Source: Guillardia theta CCMP2712
Lineage: Eukaryota; Protista; Cryptophyta
Direction of reading: 5' to 3'
Assembly (NCBI RefSeq): GCF_000315625.1
Contig: NW_005434670.1
Span: 883,165 to 947,164 of the forward strand
DNA: 64,000 bases
Part shown: in pieces, positions 10,446 through 23,100 of the stretch
How positions within the stretch are numbered: the first letter of the stretch is position 1
Layout: every line of letters begins with the position of its first letter
Translations under genes and position numbers: made by a program
The notes under the pieces: generated by a model
The model's database searches: none
What the model was told of the DNA's origin: nothing
Seen by the model: only the letters and a program-made list of their open reading frames with translations

Positions 10446-11842
10446 ATGGAGGACAACAATGGAGGGAGCAGGGTACAGGTGAGGGTGAAGGAACTGGCTT
10501 CAGGAAAAGAGACTCTCCTCGATCTTGGGACGTGGGACACAGTTGGGATCATGAAGCGACGTCTGGAAGGGAAGGGATTCGGTCCGGCAGCTCTCCAGCG
10601 ACTCGTCCATGCCGGACGAATCTTGGACGAGGAGGAGACTCTGCTGGGAAGCGGGGTGAGCAAGTCGCCGACGGTCTTTTTAGCGATGAAGCGGGTTGAC
10701 TATGCCAACTCCGTGACCGGCTCGATGCCTGAGCCACGAGGATACACTCCTGCTAATCTCTCTTCCTTCTCCTCCCCATATCGGCCCGCAGAGACCTCCC
10801 AAACATCGCAGACAGACGAAGAAGTTCCGACTTGCCGCATCTGCCATGGCGAGCACAACGGGCCTGGCGACCAAAGATTGTTTTCTCCGTGCCTCTGCAG
10901 GTCAAGTTAGCTCCCTTGCTCCCCTCTCACTCGCCCGCTCTGACCTGCAGCAGGGGGAGCATGCGGTACGTCCATGTCGCATGTCTGAACCGATGGCGAG
11001 CCGTGAGCAACAACCCGCAATCGTACTATCAGTGCGACTCCTGCCGCTACAAGTACAACCTGCGGCGGACGGCGTTTGCAGAATACTGCAACTCTTACAA
11101 GGTAAGGATACAAACAAATCGTTGTCTGCTCCACACTCCATCGGCAGACGTACATGGACTCAGATACGTTCCACTGCTGCCTGTCTTGATACGTTCCACT
11201 GCTGCCTGTCAGATGGAGCAGGAGGGAGATTGATTCTGCGCGCAGGTGCAGGAGGTTCTGACGACAGTCACATGTGTGTGTCTGGTCGTTCTTGGCGGTC
11301 TTCTCTCCTACACCACGGGGATCGAACATCGGCTCTATCGTGCTTGCGAATGGACTCCACAGGTAAATCACCTCCGTGCCCTCTAACGAGGATCAACGTG
11401 CACTTGGATGCTCAAGATGATTGTGATATAGATGTAGATGATGTTGTAGATGATGTTGTAGATGATGATGATGATGTATTTGATGATTATGATTTACAGT
11501 GGCATGGGACGAGATGGTCCAGCATCTTCGACTTCTTCATGTGTGGACTGATAGTCGTTGGCATTGGCGGGTTCTGCTCTGTCATCTACGATGCTTACAA
11601 GGTGACTCGAGATCGTGTTCTCATCGCCTTGACCTCCATCACAGAACGATGCGAGGAACATGCAGTTCAGTCTCGTCTACTTGTTCGCACTGTACGGGCA
11701 CCTTGTCATGAGGATCGTCTGCTTCGTCGGCATCCTCCACTCACTCCGCACCGTGCACAAGTTGGTGGAGGAGGAGATGAAGCGAGCGCTGTCAAGGTGG
11801 GGAGATGCCATCCTTGAAGTCAATGCTCGGCCTCCTAGCTGA
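10446..11842 (+). CDS. Ubiquitin-like domain + RING-CH (RINGv/MARCH-type) membrane E3 ligase
   Basis: N-terminal UBL (QRLVHAGRILDEEETL), CRICH..LFSPCLC|RGSMRYVHVACLNRW..QCDSCRYKY, followed by several hydrophobic helices; spliced. Confidence 0.85.
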
Positions 11843-12230
11843 GCAACGAAGACGGGGCATATCGATGCTCCAGGCACATGGTGCACAGAGCGGCAGGAGG
11901 CAAGTTTGACTGTACTTGGTGATGCCTTTCCGACTGCTCGACAATGAAAGTGACTTGACCTTCATTGAGAGTACCTTGCTCTAAGGTACGGCTGCAAACC
12001 ATCACGTCATCTTATGATGCTTGATGTACACGTCATCACGGACCTCCATTGCCGTCCACGTAAACTATGTCGTTGCTTCCTGCTCAAACAAACAAGGTTT
12101 CAGTTGTTTGCTTCTACTCTTTTCCTCTTGCTTCATCATCAACAAAAATGCATCTTCGTCATCATCCTCATCAACAAAATCAACACTATCGTCATCATTA
12201 TCCTCATCATCCGGCATCAGCAGCAGCAAC

Positions 12231-15228
12231 TCATCGAAACAAACCTAATCTTGCTGCACGCCTGTCGTTTAGTGCTCTCTCGACGCTCTTTCTCTCCCTG
12301 TGGTGATTCATCTTGGTCTCTTTTGACTCTTTTTCTTGGATGTCCACGAGCCCGAGACGATCTCGCCAGGCCTGCAGCTGCCCGTTCAACTTGTGCGGCT
12401 CCCTTCTCTCCCCATCCAGCGAGATCCGAGAGTGGTGCGGGTGTGCGCCCTCCACTGGCTTTGCTCGACGAGAGTTGGGAGAGCGAGAATGCCTGCCATC
12501 CTTTGCGTTTGACGACGGACGAACATCGTTGCCGTTGCCGCTGTGCTGATGCTTCTCGCTATGGTGGCGCCGAGGCTCGGAGGTTTCTGCATGGTCGTCG
12601 GCAACTTCATGCACAGCTTGCCTTGGCAAGTCCTGAGCACGCGCTCGACCCTCAGGTTCCTCATCCTCGTGAGGTCTCTGGTGAGCATTGCCATACTCTT
12701 GCTCCCCGCGCAACACATCGGAGTCGAACAGGTCCTGCGGGTGCAGCACCTCGGCACCTTGCTGCGGCTTCTTGGAGCGATCGATCGACCCCAGGCTCGC
12801 ACTTCTCCTCGACATGCGCGCAGATCGCACTTCCTCCCCACTATCAGTCGCAGCTTGTTCAGCCACATGTCTGAACTCGCTGCGAGCAGATGCCAGGGGC
12901 ACGTCGAGATTGCTCCTGCTGCGGAAGTTCTCTCGGAACGTCCGAACAACCCCCGTCTCGAGGCTCAAGCTCTTGTCTCTCAGTCTCCTTGGTGTGAAGG
13001 GCCAAGGATTGGAGGAAGCAGTCCTGGCAGTGAGCGGTACGATCCTCTCTTCCTGCAGCTCTGTGGGTGTATTCATCCTTGAGACCATCCTCTTCTGCGC
13101 CTTGATCATGGATTCCAACGCTCGGAGATGCAGAGACAGAGCATGATGGTCTGAGCTGCCGCTGCTGGACTCCAGCTCGTGAAAGCACTGGTAGACAAGG
13201 TTGGAGCAGTTGTCCAAGAACTCTATCATGTTGTTTCGATTAGCAGGAGAGTTGTAATGATCACGCTTTGGTTCGATGGCTTTGCAAATCGGTGACCTCC
13301 TTTCAGATGACTCGAGCCTCTTGAAATTCGAATCTTTGGCCTTCGTTTCGACCTTTTCCTCCGCAGAATCGTCACGCTGTGCAAATAATAAACTTTTGAT
13401 TCCCAGCATCATGATGGCGGTGTGATCATCAGCAGTCACTGTCATCTGACCAAGTTGACGCTCGGCGAACAGCTTCATTTGGAGGATCATGACTTTCTCG
13501 AAGGCTGGGAGGTCTAGCTCTCCCTTCTCGTTGCACATCTTCTTATCTTGCGTGAGGGAACGAAATTCTTCATTCGAAATCTTGATGGGTGGGATGAAAT
13601 TCATCTTTCGCAAGCCTTCGTATACCTCCTGATGTGTGAGTCCTCCCGAATTGTCAATATCCAGCTTCTTGAAAATGTTCTGAATTCGCTTCTTGAAGTC
13701 TGCTTGTGATTGCGAATTCATGAGGGTCCGCAGCAGGGGGTCTAGCGAATGTGCCTCAACACCTGCAGTCAAGCGTGACAGCTTTTCTGACATCAGAGAT
13801 TCTCTTTCAGTGCGGACGGCTGATGTGAAATTGTCGATCAGCACTGCGACTACCACCGGCACGAGGGTGAAAGCAACAATGATAAGGAAGAAGACGAAGA
13901 ACAGTGCAGGCCCTGGCTCGATAGTGCCGTCTGCTCGGAACAGTTTTCGTGCTTTCTCGGCCCAGTTGTCTGGTGAAACAGCATCAAGAAACCCTCACTG
14001 TAAACAATAGAGAAGACCTAGCGTCGCTGCTTGGAAGAGTGCAAACATTGCTTTTAGAAACGTTTTCCAATTCTCTGGATCTTTTTCTGAAAAAAAGTTG
14101 ACGCCAAGGACCGCGAAAATGGACGTCACGAACACTGCAATCTGGTCGCTTGTTAGATTTCTGCCAGTGGAAACGCAAATTCTTACCAGCATAGCATTTG
14201 CGACAGGAATAAGAGAAGCGGTCAATGCGTTTGTGAGTAACCTGAGAGATTGAAGCTTTCCAAAGAGTCGAAGAATTCTGAATGCTCTCATGATACGAAA
14301 AGCTTTGAAGAACGGGAGCTGTATGGGGCCCAAGCTTACAAGAGAGATGGTGATGATGAAAGCATCGAACAAGTTCCAGCCATTGCTTACGAAGCTCTTG
14401 AACCAATGCGCAGATATGTTCAAAAGGAGCTCTAAGGTGAAAAGAATCGTGAAGATTTGATCGATCTGTTCTAGCCACTGCAACACTTGTGGATCGTATG
14501 GCTCTTCGTTCAACTCAGGCCTCATCTGCAACAGGGTAGCGGTGGAAGCGAAGTTCAAAGCTATCATAATAGCCACAACAACTTGCATCCGTTTGGAGTT
14601 GTAGAAGAGAGAAAGGCGATTCTGCAGCCTCTTGATCCTGTGCTTCTTTTTCCATCTCTTCAATGCGACCTCGGCTAATTCTGTGATAGTGGAGATCCAA
14701 TCTTGACACTCGGACTCTGAGCGAGTCTGGAAGATGTAGGTATGGCCCGAGTTGTACCCTGCCAGGCATCAAACGTCAGATCACCAGCACACCTGGGGCC
14801 CGGCGATTCTTACCGTCCTTGGCTGTGCTTACTTTGAACTCTCTCAGGGGACGCCCGGACTCGACCACCAGCTTTGCTTGTCGTCTCAGCACCTTTGCGT
14901 TGGTGTCAAAGTACTCGACTTCAGCCCTCTCCTCTGGCTTTGCCCAGTCCTCGATGGAAGCACGTTGCACACCAACGATGTCATGCAAAGGAATATAGTC
15001 CACTATTTGGTCGCCATTCTCCCATGCGATGGCCAGCATGTCAGGAGTCAGTGCAATACGTCTGGGCTGGAACTCCAGACTTCCATTCAGGAGCTGGACT
15101 TCCGAATCTTTCGTGCAGACTTCTCGCCTGGGCATCATTTCCGCGTTCTTATCGTAAGCGAGCGATAGGTGGGCACTGCTCAGGCGGTGCGACCTGGAAA
15201 CCATGAGAGGTCTTGATGCTACGTACAT
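12231..15228 (-). CDS. Single-domain (6TM) voltage-gated cation channel with N-terminal PH-like domain and C-terminal EF-hands (5' end uncertain, possibly to ~15450)
   Basis: S3 WNLFDAFII, S4 KAFRIMRAFRILRLFGK, pore FQAATL|DNW across intron 13970-14017, S6 VVVAVLIDNF, EF-hand DIDNSGGLTHQE; PH-like GYNSGHTYIFQTRSESECQDWI. Confidence 0.88.
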
Positions 15229-16326
15229 TGCTAGTGAATTATTCCTGTTTCAGAGCAAGGGCGGAGGATGAAGTTGGAACCTGGAGGATGGAGCGAGGAT
15301 CGGTAAAGCGACCTGTCACTGCATAGTCCTCATGCCCACCAGCCCTTTTGCGTCCGAACTTCACTGAGCTGCCGATCTGCCCGCTCCTGTATCGGGTAAG
15401 ATCAATCAAGCATGGTTTTGACTCTCATCATAGCGACGTCTCTGCCATCCAACACTCAATCTTCCGCTGTTTTACTTCCCAGGCTGCTTCATTTTTGACG
15501 ACCTCAGTGAAGAAAAAATTCCTCAAAGATGCATTGAAACTGTGAAATCCTTTGAAGTTGTCCCAAAATTGATCTAAACGTTTCAAATGTAGAGATGAGA
15601 TAGTGAAGAGGAGGTTAGGAAATACTCATCTGCGAGAATCCAAATGAGCCTCCCTTCAAAAACCATCATCAGTATATTGCATGGAGTGTAATAAGGGGGT
15701 GGGGTACTTTCAATAGACAGATGGGGTGGCCAATTCGCAGACTGAAGAGGACACGGGGGTAGGGGTGGTGTCGACATACTGCCGCCGCTGCAGGGATATG
15801 GCGCGCCAGACACTCAGTAGGGTGGGTACTACGTACCGTAGTACCGTGGCTGCCACCCCCGCAGGCGGGCAGTCAACAGCGGGGTGTCACAGTGACTTGT
15901 CAGTCACGGTGTGGGGGGTGGGTCATCCAAAGGCCGCAGCCGGACGGTCCGAGTCCGGCGGCGGCCCGGCCCACTTTCATGATCGGATAGATCCGCTCGG
16001 ACTCCCGGGGTTTGATCCAATCCGGCCTGCGCGCCGTACGGTAGCCTGTTATCACGATCACCGGGCCGGGCTGGCCTACCAGCACGTCACGGCCTGGTGA
16101 CGGACACGCGGTGCATTGCCGGGCGGCCGCGGCGGACATCGCGCGCCGGTTACTAACTGAGTAAAGCCGCCGCGGGTCAGTGACTACAGTACCGAGCCTG
16201 AGTCAGTATCCTACCCGGCAGTCACAGTGGCACTGAGGACTCCGGGATTGGGGTTGACAGTTCAACCGTTCCGAGGCTCCGCCGGCCCGGCTGTCGCAAG
16301 CTTTCACCGTCTGAGTTCTTCGGAAT

Positions 16327-16697
16327 ATCGGGGCCGGGCCCATAACGGTTGAACCTTGAAGCCTGGACGGAATACAACTTCCGAAGTTCAAGTTTGTTAG
16401 ACTTGTACTAGTCCAAAGTCACGCAGATATCACCGTGATCGACCTTACCGTAACAAGACAGTTTTTGCTCAAGACCGAGTTTAATGCACACAAAACAAGC
16501 ATCCGACAGACCGTGACATGCCGCGCCGGGCCCCATGATGAGAGGACGCCTTAGCAAGACGGCTAGGAACTTAGGGCCCCTCTTCGTCCCACCATGCCGT
16601 GACGCCTCGACACGTAAGTCGTCTTGGTTTACAGGAGACTCAGTTTTTGTGAACTCGGCGCTATCTGACTCTGGCACGGCTGGCATACGTTCCATCA
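16327..16697 (-). mobile_element. Degraded 5' LTR + PBS remnant of the same copia-type family, riddled with short palindromic insertions
   Basis: Colinear with 9411-9749 and the reverse complement of 7890-8230; ends TTCCATCA; one ~60 nt deletion and >=8 small insertions. Confidence 0.85.
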
Positions 16698-16720
16698 AGA
16701 TCCGGCGGAGTCCGATCCGA

Positions 16721-16758
16721 TCAGTACGAGGACAATCAGGAGACTCGAGGAGGCTTGA
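16721..16758 (+). repeat. 38-bp dispersed repeat shared with 7497-7534 (inverted) and, more degenerate, ~54950-54975
   Basis: TCAGTACGAGGACAATCAGGAGACTCGAGGAGGCTTGA vs reverse complement of 7497-7534 (1 mismatch). Confidence 0.75.
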
Positions 16759-18080
16759 AAACGGCGAGAAGCCTGAGAAAGACAGCCGCCCGAGAACCAA
16801 ACCTAATCCTGCCAACCGTGAACTGCTGTCCCCCAAACTTACTCAGTAGTGACCGACGCCGTCTCGGAGCCTGGCCGGGCCGGGCCGCCGGCGGGCGCGG
16901 CTCCGGATCCGATCACTCACGGTAGGGTCCTTTTTTAAAATCCCCCAGTGCTGACCCTAAAACTTGCCTTTTATATCTTTGGAGGGAGGCGGATCTAACG
17001 GTTTTGCGGTGGGGGTGGGTGGCCGACTTCTTTTTGCGGGAGTGACGAGGAGACGTAACTTCATTGGGTTTGACTGAGAGAGAAGGCATTGAGCGCGGAC
17101 CGCAGAACAGCAGGGGATCAGGGGGGCCGGAGGGAGGTAGGGGTTGAAGGCTCCTTGAAGATGGGAACCTCTGGCGGAAATACAGTTCTGAACTGGAGGG
17201 GGAACGTGTGCGACCATTGAACCCCTTCTTGCAATATTCAATATTGAAGCCAAAATTTGAGGGATTCATTTGAAATATTTTGCTGGTTTACCCCCCTACG
17301 AGCTTCCTAGGCCCCCGGGTCCGAGGGGGCTCTCATAATATCGAACTATTTCCCTTTAAATTAATTTTACAATTCAAAAATAATTATTTAGTATGTGAAA
17401 GTCCATCCTTTCAATGATCACTTTCCCCAATCCCCCCCCGACCACCCCTCCCATCCACCCACCCTCCACCTTTAGCTCCAATTCAACTAAATCTCCAACT
17501 ACCCTCGATCATCACCACCCTTCAATTGCCCTGAGACTGACCCACCATTTGATCTGGAATCCATTGAAAAAAATGGCGCCCACCTACCTTTATCACTACC
17601 CCACCCTTGACCCGGTGACCTATACCCCATGCTTCTTCACCCCACCCCATCAACTGCAATGGGTTGCATCCTCCTCCTCCGGGGAATCTCCTGCGTCCGG
17701 GCGACCCCTCCCCTGCGGTTTTCGCGTATTTACACTCTTCATCCCTTACGCGCAACCTTCTTATCCTCTAACTTCTTGGCGTCTCTGTGCTGCTCTCCCC
17801 CTGCTTCCTCCTCCGACTGATCGCATCAGAGAAAACTCTTCCCTGCTCCCCCAAGACCAACCTTCCTCATCAACTTGAGACTTCTTTGGTTGCCTGGCAC
17901 TGGCTGACCCTTGGGCCGGCACATCGGCAAACTGTCTCTTCTCATCTATTCGCGCACTTGCAGTCTTGGCGCTCAGATCAAACGTGCGGCAACATCGCAG
18001 ATCGTTTGTGGTGGCAAATCCCTCCCCCTTATCTGACTTCCGTGGATACGATTTCGGACCGCAAGTGACAGTTGGAAAGC

Positions 18081-19317
18081 ATGGTAAGGCCGATGGCATC
18101 TCCTGAGAACAAGCTGCTCGGTATGTGTTTCGCATCAGCGGTGAGGGATTCGTTCATCTCATCTCTTCTCCTTCCTCTGAATCAGGCTGGCAGGTTTCAA
18201 AGAGCACCATGAACGTAAACGACGTGGTCGCTAGGACAGGGACGTACAGCATGTACGCTGCGCTGGCGCAATGCTGCCCTTCCTGTGTGCGACTGAAGGA
18301 CGTCCATTGTGGTCGCCATGGCGTGTCCGAGGTGGAGTTCACCAAGTGTTTGGACAAGAAGGGGTTCACAAAGATGCGGGACCGGAGGAAGGGAGCTCGA
18401 CCGTGCCGGTTCGACCCCACCAAAGGTGAAGAGTTGTGATGCTAGTGCGCTGGATGGCGGCTGACTTCCAGTGCGCAGCTGGGCTCTTCCTCTTCAGCAA
18501 CAGGGTCTGGAAGAGTCCCGACGATCCAGAGCAGCTCAAAGAGTTGAAGGAGAGCTGGGCGATCCTGTGCAAACAGTTTCCTTGCTTCGCCATGGATTGC
18601 TCGCTGGATAAGTTCCTTGGAGTCTGCAGGCGATTTCATGATGGCTGGTTGCCTTACGCATGGCGAGGTAACCAAATGAAGTCATTCGGCGACAAGATTG
18701 GAACTTTGACAGCACGAAATGAAGCTGAGTGTACTCAGCTTGGCCTCCCCAGCATCTCTGTAGCGGACGTAAAGCCTGCACTCAGCTCATGTCAAAATCC
18801 TGCTGCTGTCAAAGCTGTAGTACAGGACACGGTTCGCTCTGTCTCGACGGCTACTATCCAGCAAGCGACTCAAGCTTCAGTTTCGGTCAAGGAGGAGGCA
18901 TACGACATGAAGGATGACTCGTCCACGTCCAAGTCGCTGTGGGACGACGCAGTTGATAATTTCTTCGGGACCGATTGGAACTCGCAAGAAGGGTTTGAGA
19001 TGAGCGAGCAGGACGAGAATGAGCGATTGAACATCCTGGAGGTTAGGGGCAAGGACAGCGAGCGGAGCTGCCTCTCGTTCTTCCCAGGCTTCGACGGGTT
19101 CCAGCAGTGTGAGGGCAAGGGAGGAGAAACAACTAGCGTCAAGGGAGAGGCCGAAGCATATTCCCTGGAGCCCTTCGATGCGATAGAGGAGGATGATATA
19201 CCGCAGCCCTCCTTGGTGGTAAGAATTGAGCTCGTTTCCTCTAGCTGGGCCGCGCGATGACAATCTTGGCAGGTAAACACGAGGTTCGCGGCCTTGAGAC
19301 CGAGTGCCCTTGCATGA
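18081..19317 (+). CDS. Hypothetical protein (lineage-specific; Cys/His- and basic-rich N-terminal domain, acidic C-terminus), spliced
   Basis: Long ORFs 18125-18439 and 18436-19260 joined by GT-AG introns; no family recognised. Confidence 0.6.
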
Positions 19318-19609
19318 TTGTTGAGGTTCAGAAGCTTGAGGAATGTACAATTAACATGTCTATATGCCAGAGTTGTCGATAGAGCATGAGGATAGTGTCG
19401 TAAGCCGAACCGAGCAGAGCGGCAAACCGCTCAAACCGCTCTGGGGCATGACTTGCAAAGAGATTAAACTGATCAAGATGTAATCTCATACGAGGGTCGG
19501 GCTACAACCTCAAGTCTTGACAAGTCTCACTGACTTTTGAAGTCAAATGGTGAATTGATCGCATCGGTCGTGCGGCATCAGCAAGAGAACTAGTATGAAC
19601 ACGGCTCGC

Positions 19610-22600
19610 TCAAATGTTCGACTCATTCCTTGCCCGGCGCTCCCATCATCTGCGACTGTGAAGTCATTCACGAGCAGATGAGATTGCTTTACCTCGAAGG
19701 CTCTTTGCAGATCTTGAATCAGATCCTCCACGTCCTCTAAGCCGATGTGCAACCGGATTGTCGCGCCGTAACCATCGCCATACTGACGCAAGAGATTGAG
19801 ATCGAGACTGAGGTATGCAGAACAAATGTAGCGGAACAGACTATACTACACTACATCGTACCGTATCATATCATATTATATCATATCATATCATATCATA
19901 TCATGTCATGTCATATCATATCATATCATATCATGTCATGTCATACTGTGCTATACGATGCCAGAGAAGATTGGCTGACAAATGCCCACGGAGCTAAACA
20001 TCGAATCTCTTCCTTCAATCGTAATCCTCTTTGGCCTCGCTTTCCACATCTTCACTGTGATCACCAACTCCTTCCTCCTCCTGTACTGCATCTCAACTCT
20101 CCTTGCCTCACAATGCTGCCCTAGCGTGTTGCCCTGTATCTCGCACCCGCACTGACCTCCCAAGGAACGACCGACCGAACTGAAGAAATGTCGCATGGCA
20201 GCACCAGACTTTCGTACCTGATCAAGGATGAGATTGAGATGGAGAGAGAAGTTCGACGAAGAGAATGAGAAGAATGATGAGAAAACAGCAGGGAGGCAAT
20301 AATAGCGAGGGGAGGAACAGGAGCGAGAAGCAGCCGGGAGGTGCGAGAAAGAGAGAGGAGTGAGAGCGGGGAAGTAAGATGGAACGAGGTGTTTCAACTC
20401 TTTCGGAGCAAGCTGTTCCCTCACCCTCCCCACGAGTATCCGATCTCGAACAAGCTGAGACTGTCGCAGAAAGTGTCGACCTGTTCTTGGGAAAACACGT
20501 CCTTGAGCTGGGAGTCGCATCAGCGGCGCTCGAATCTCGCCCATCTCACTGCTACCTGGAAGGTGAACAGTCCAGAGGAGCCGGAGAAGTACTTCTGCCA
20601 GAGATGGTGCTGAGGGTGGGATGGAAGGGCTTGTAGCAAGGAAGTCAGCCCATGTGGCTCACTGAAGGAGGAGGAGGAGGAGGATGAGGAGGAGGAGGAG
20701 GAGGAGGAGGAGGAGGAGGAGGAGGAGGAGGAGGAGGAGGAGGAGGAGGAGGAGGAGGAGACGGACCTGGGTGGACCACACGAGCGACTTCGTCCCGATC
20801 CAACAACCATCGCGCGACTGTCAAGGCTGACTTTCCCACCTCCGTCATGCGACAGTTGTCGAGAAAGCTCAGGTACCTCCTCGTGAGCTTTCATCCGCAC
20901 AGACAGAGTCCGGAAGCCTCTGCAGGCAGTGAGAGGACGCGGCGAGGAGGAGGGGAAGGACGAAGGGGGGGACGAGAGCAACGACGACGATGGGGAAGGA
21001 TGACTGACGAGTACGGGCAAGACGAGGAGAAGGGGGAGGAGGAGGTGAGATTTGGTTCAGGAATTGGACGTAGCAGGAAGGTGGCTGCGGGTCTAAACCT
21101 GAGCGCCAGGTAGCAGTCATCCGGTCCTGCTGGACAGCCAAGTTGCTGATAGCATGTGAGGAGAAGAGTAAGGAGGATGAAAGGGGAGAGGGAGGAGGAA
21201 GGACTCCCGAGGACGAGGAAGGAGACTACTACAGGAGAGGACGAGGAAGGAGACTACTACGGGGAGGAGGAGGAAGGAGGCGAGGAAGAGAAGGAAGAGG
21301 AGGGCGGCGGCAGGGGGGGGGGGGGATGGACAAGTTGATCCCGCAGCACCTGGACGGACCTCTTGACCCTTCGGTAGGTGTCCTTCGAGCATGCCAGGAG
21401 TCCGATCATGACGTCACTGTGCCCGCCTGCTCACCGAGCTGAGAAGAGTGGGAACGGAAGAGCTGGAGCATGGGCAGGAAGGCTATGAACGAAGGATCGA
21501 AGGGAAGAGGGAGGGAGAGAGAGATGCCATGAAAGGAGGAGGAAGAGGAGGAGGATGAGGAGGAGGAGGAGGAGGAGGAGGAGGAGGAGGAGAAGGAGGA
21601 GGAGGAGGAGGAGGTTTGTGTGTGTGGTGGCTTGATACAAAAGGAAAGAGGACTCACTGATGTACTTTGTCGCTGCGTTGATGCTGACATGCGCCCCCCA
21701 TTCCATCGGCCTGAACAGACCAGGGCCGTAGGTGTTGTCCGCCACCACCACCACGTTCCTTTCCCGCGCTACCTGGGTCAACGCTCAGCACCTCCCCAGC
21801 AGGAACCGCAGCAGGACCCGGGTCAGAGCCTCAAAGTCGTGAATCTCGAACGACAGGGAGCTCGGGCTCTCGAGGAAGAGGACCTGCCGGGCCTTGACGC
21901 CTGGAGGGGGAGCGAGCTTATCTCACCCTGGTGTTGGGCTGGATGGCGTTCCCCAGCTCTTCTCCAGTGGACAGCGGGTCAAAGTAAGTCGTCGAGACGC
22001 CGAAGCGCTGGCAGCCCCGGTGAGCCGCTGGAACGCAACAGCTGCTCGCATGCTCACCTTGAGGAACTTGTCACAGAAGCCTCTGGTGGGGTCGTAGACG
22101 CCGTCAGAGACCTGGGGGAAGGGAAGCGCTCACTAGGAGGAGGAAGAGAGTCTCCTTGCTCACGAGGATGTGGTCCCCTGCTGAGACAAACGCCAAGATC
22201 GCTGCATGAGCACGGCACATGACTGGAGCGCGGGCGATGGAGGACGGGGCACCTGCGTTGATGGCGGCCAGCCCTGAGGAGACGACGCACGCGTTGTCTC
22301 CTCCTTCGAGGATAGCGAAAGCTTCTGCAGGCGCCGTCAGTCTCGCCTCATCCTCCTCTGCTGCTTCCTCCTTCACCCTCCAGAGCGAACGATGTCGGTG
22401 TCCCATGCCTTCCGTACGACAGGCCCTGGCAGGTAGCGTAAGGGAGGACAGGAATGGGAAGCAACAGAGGAGGAATGCGAAGGAGGCGCAGCAAGAAATG
22501 CTCCTGGAAGGAGAGAAGACGAAGGAGAGAAGACGAAGGAGAGAAGACGTACACGGAAAGGATAGTCCTTGAGTGCCTCCCTTAGTGCGCTCACTGCCGC

Positions 22601-23100
22601 AATGTCATGCTGATTTTTCTCTCTTTCCTCCTCCTCCTCCTCCTCCTCCTCCTCCTCCTCCGCTCCTCCTCACTTGATGGGTATGTGATGGTCGACGCCC
22701 TGTACACAGGAGGGTTGACGAAGCTCCTTCCTAGCGGGTCGGTGGTCCACCCGTCCAGCTGCTGCCCTCCCCTAGCCACCTTCGTCCGCAGCTTGTACTC
22801 CCTCATCGAGTCTCCCTTCCCTGTTATCCTCATCGAAGAGTGGTTCTCGTCGCCCGACATGCGCAGCGCGATGGCGCTCTCCATGCCGCCTCCCTTCCAG
22901 CATGGACATCAGGAGCTCACAGGGTCTGCCTCCTCTTACCCTCCACATGCTGCTTGTCCGCCATGGCAGCGGGCGCTGCACCAGGAGCCCTGGCAGGCCA
23001 TCGATCGTGAGGGAGGAGGAAGCGAAATGCAAGGAAGACCTGGGCATGGCGCGGGCCAGAGTGAGGAGACGGTGAGGAGGAGGAGCAGGAGCTTCATCAT
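19610..23100 (-). CDS. metC: Cystathionine beta-lyase, bacterial MetC type, with signal peptide + transit-like leader
   Basis: FVNPPVYRASTI, YGRHGTPTSFALE, SSGLAAINAAILAF..GDHILV, VADNTY, INAATKYI..GHSDVMIG (PLP lysine), IRLHIGLEDVEDLIQDL; first exon MMKLLLLLLTVSSLWPAPC. Confidence 0.92.
19865..19945. repeat. (ATATC/ATGTC)n pentanucleotide microsatellite in metC intron
   Basis: Direct reading. Confidence 0.9.
20667..20760. repeat. (GAG)n microsatellite, intronic; similar tracts at 21535-21613, 22626-22660, 28050-28115, 50912-50966, 59848-59885
   Basis: Direct reading. Confidence 0.95.

Larger units (their letters stand above)
15790..16922. other. GC-rich palindrome-scar island 3 (contains degraded LTR)
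   Basis: ACTCAGT, GTACCGTAGTACCGT, GTCACAGTGAC, TTACTAACTGAGT, AACCGTT and many other C/G-centred palindromes. Confidence 0.75.

Noticed and set aside
17310-17335. GCCCCC..GGGGGC hairpin next to CTAG as a Helitron end or terminator
   Set aside because: Spacing and flanking base do not fit Helitron ends, and intrinsic terminators are not expected in this genome.
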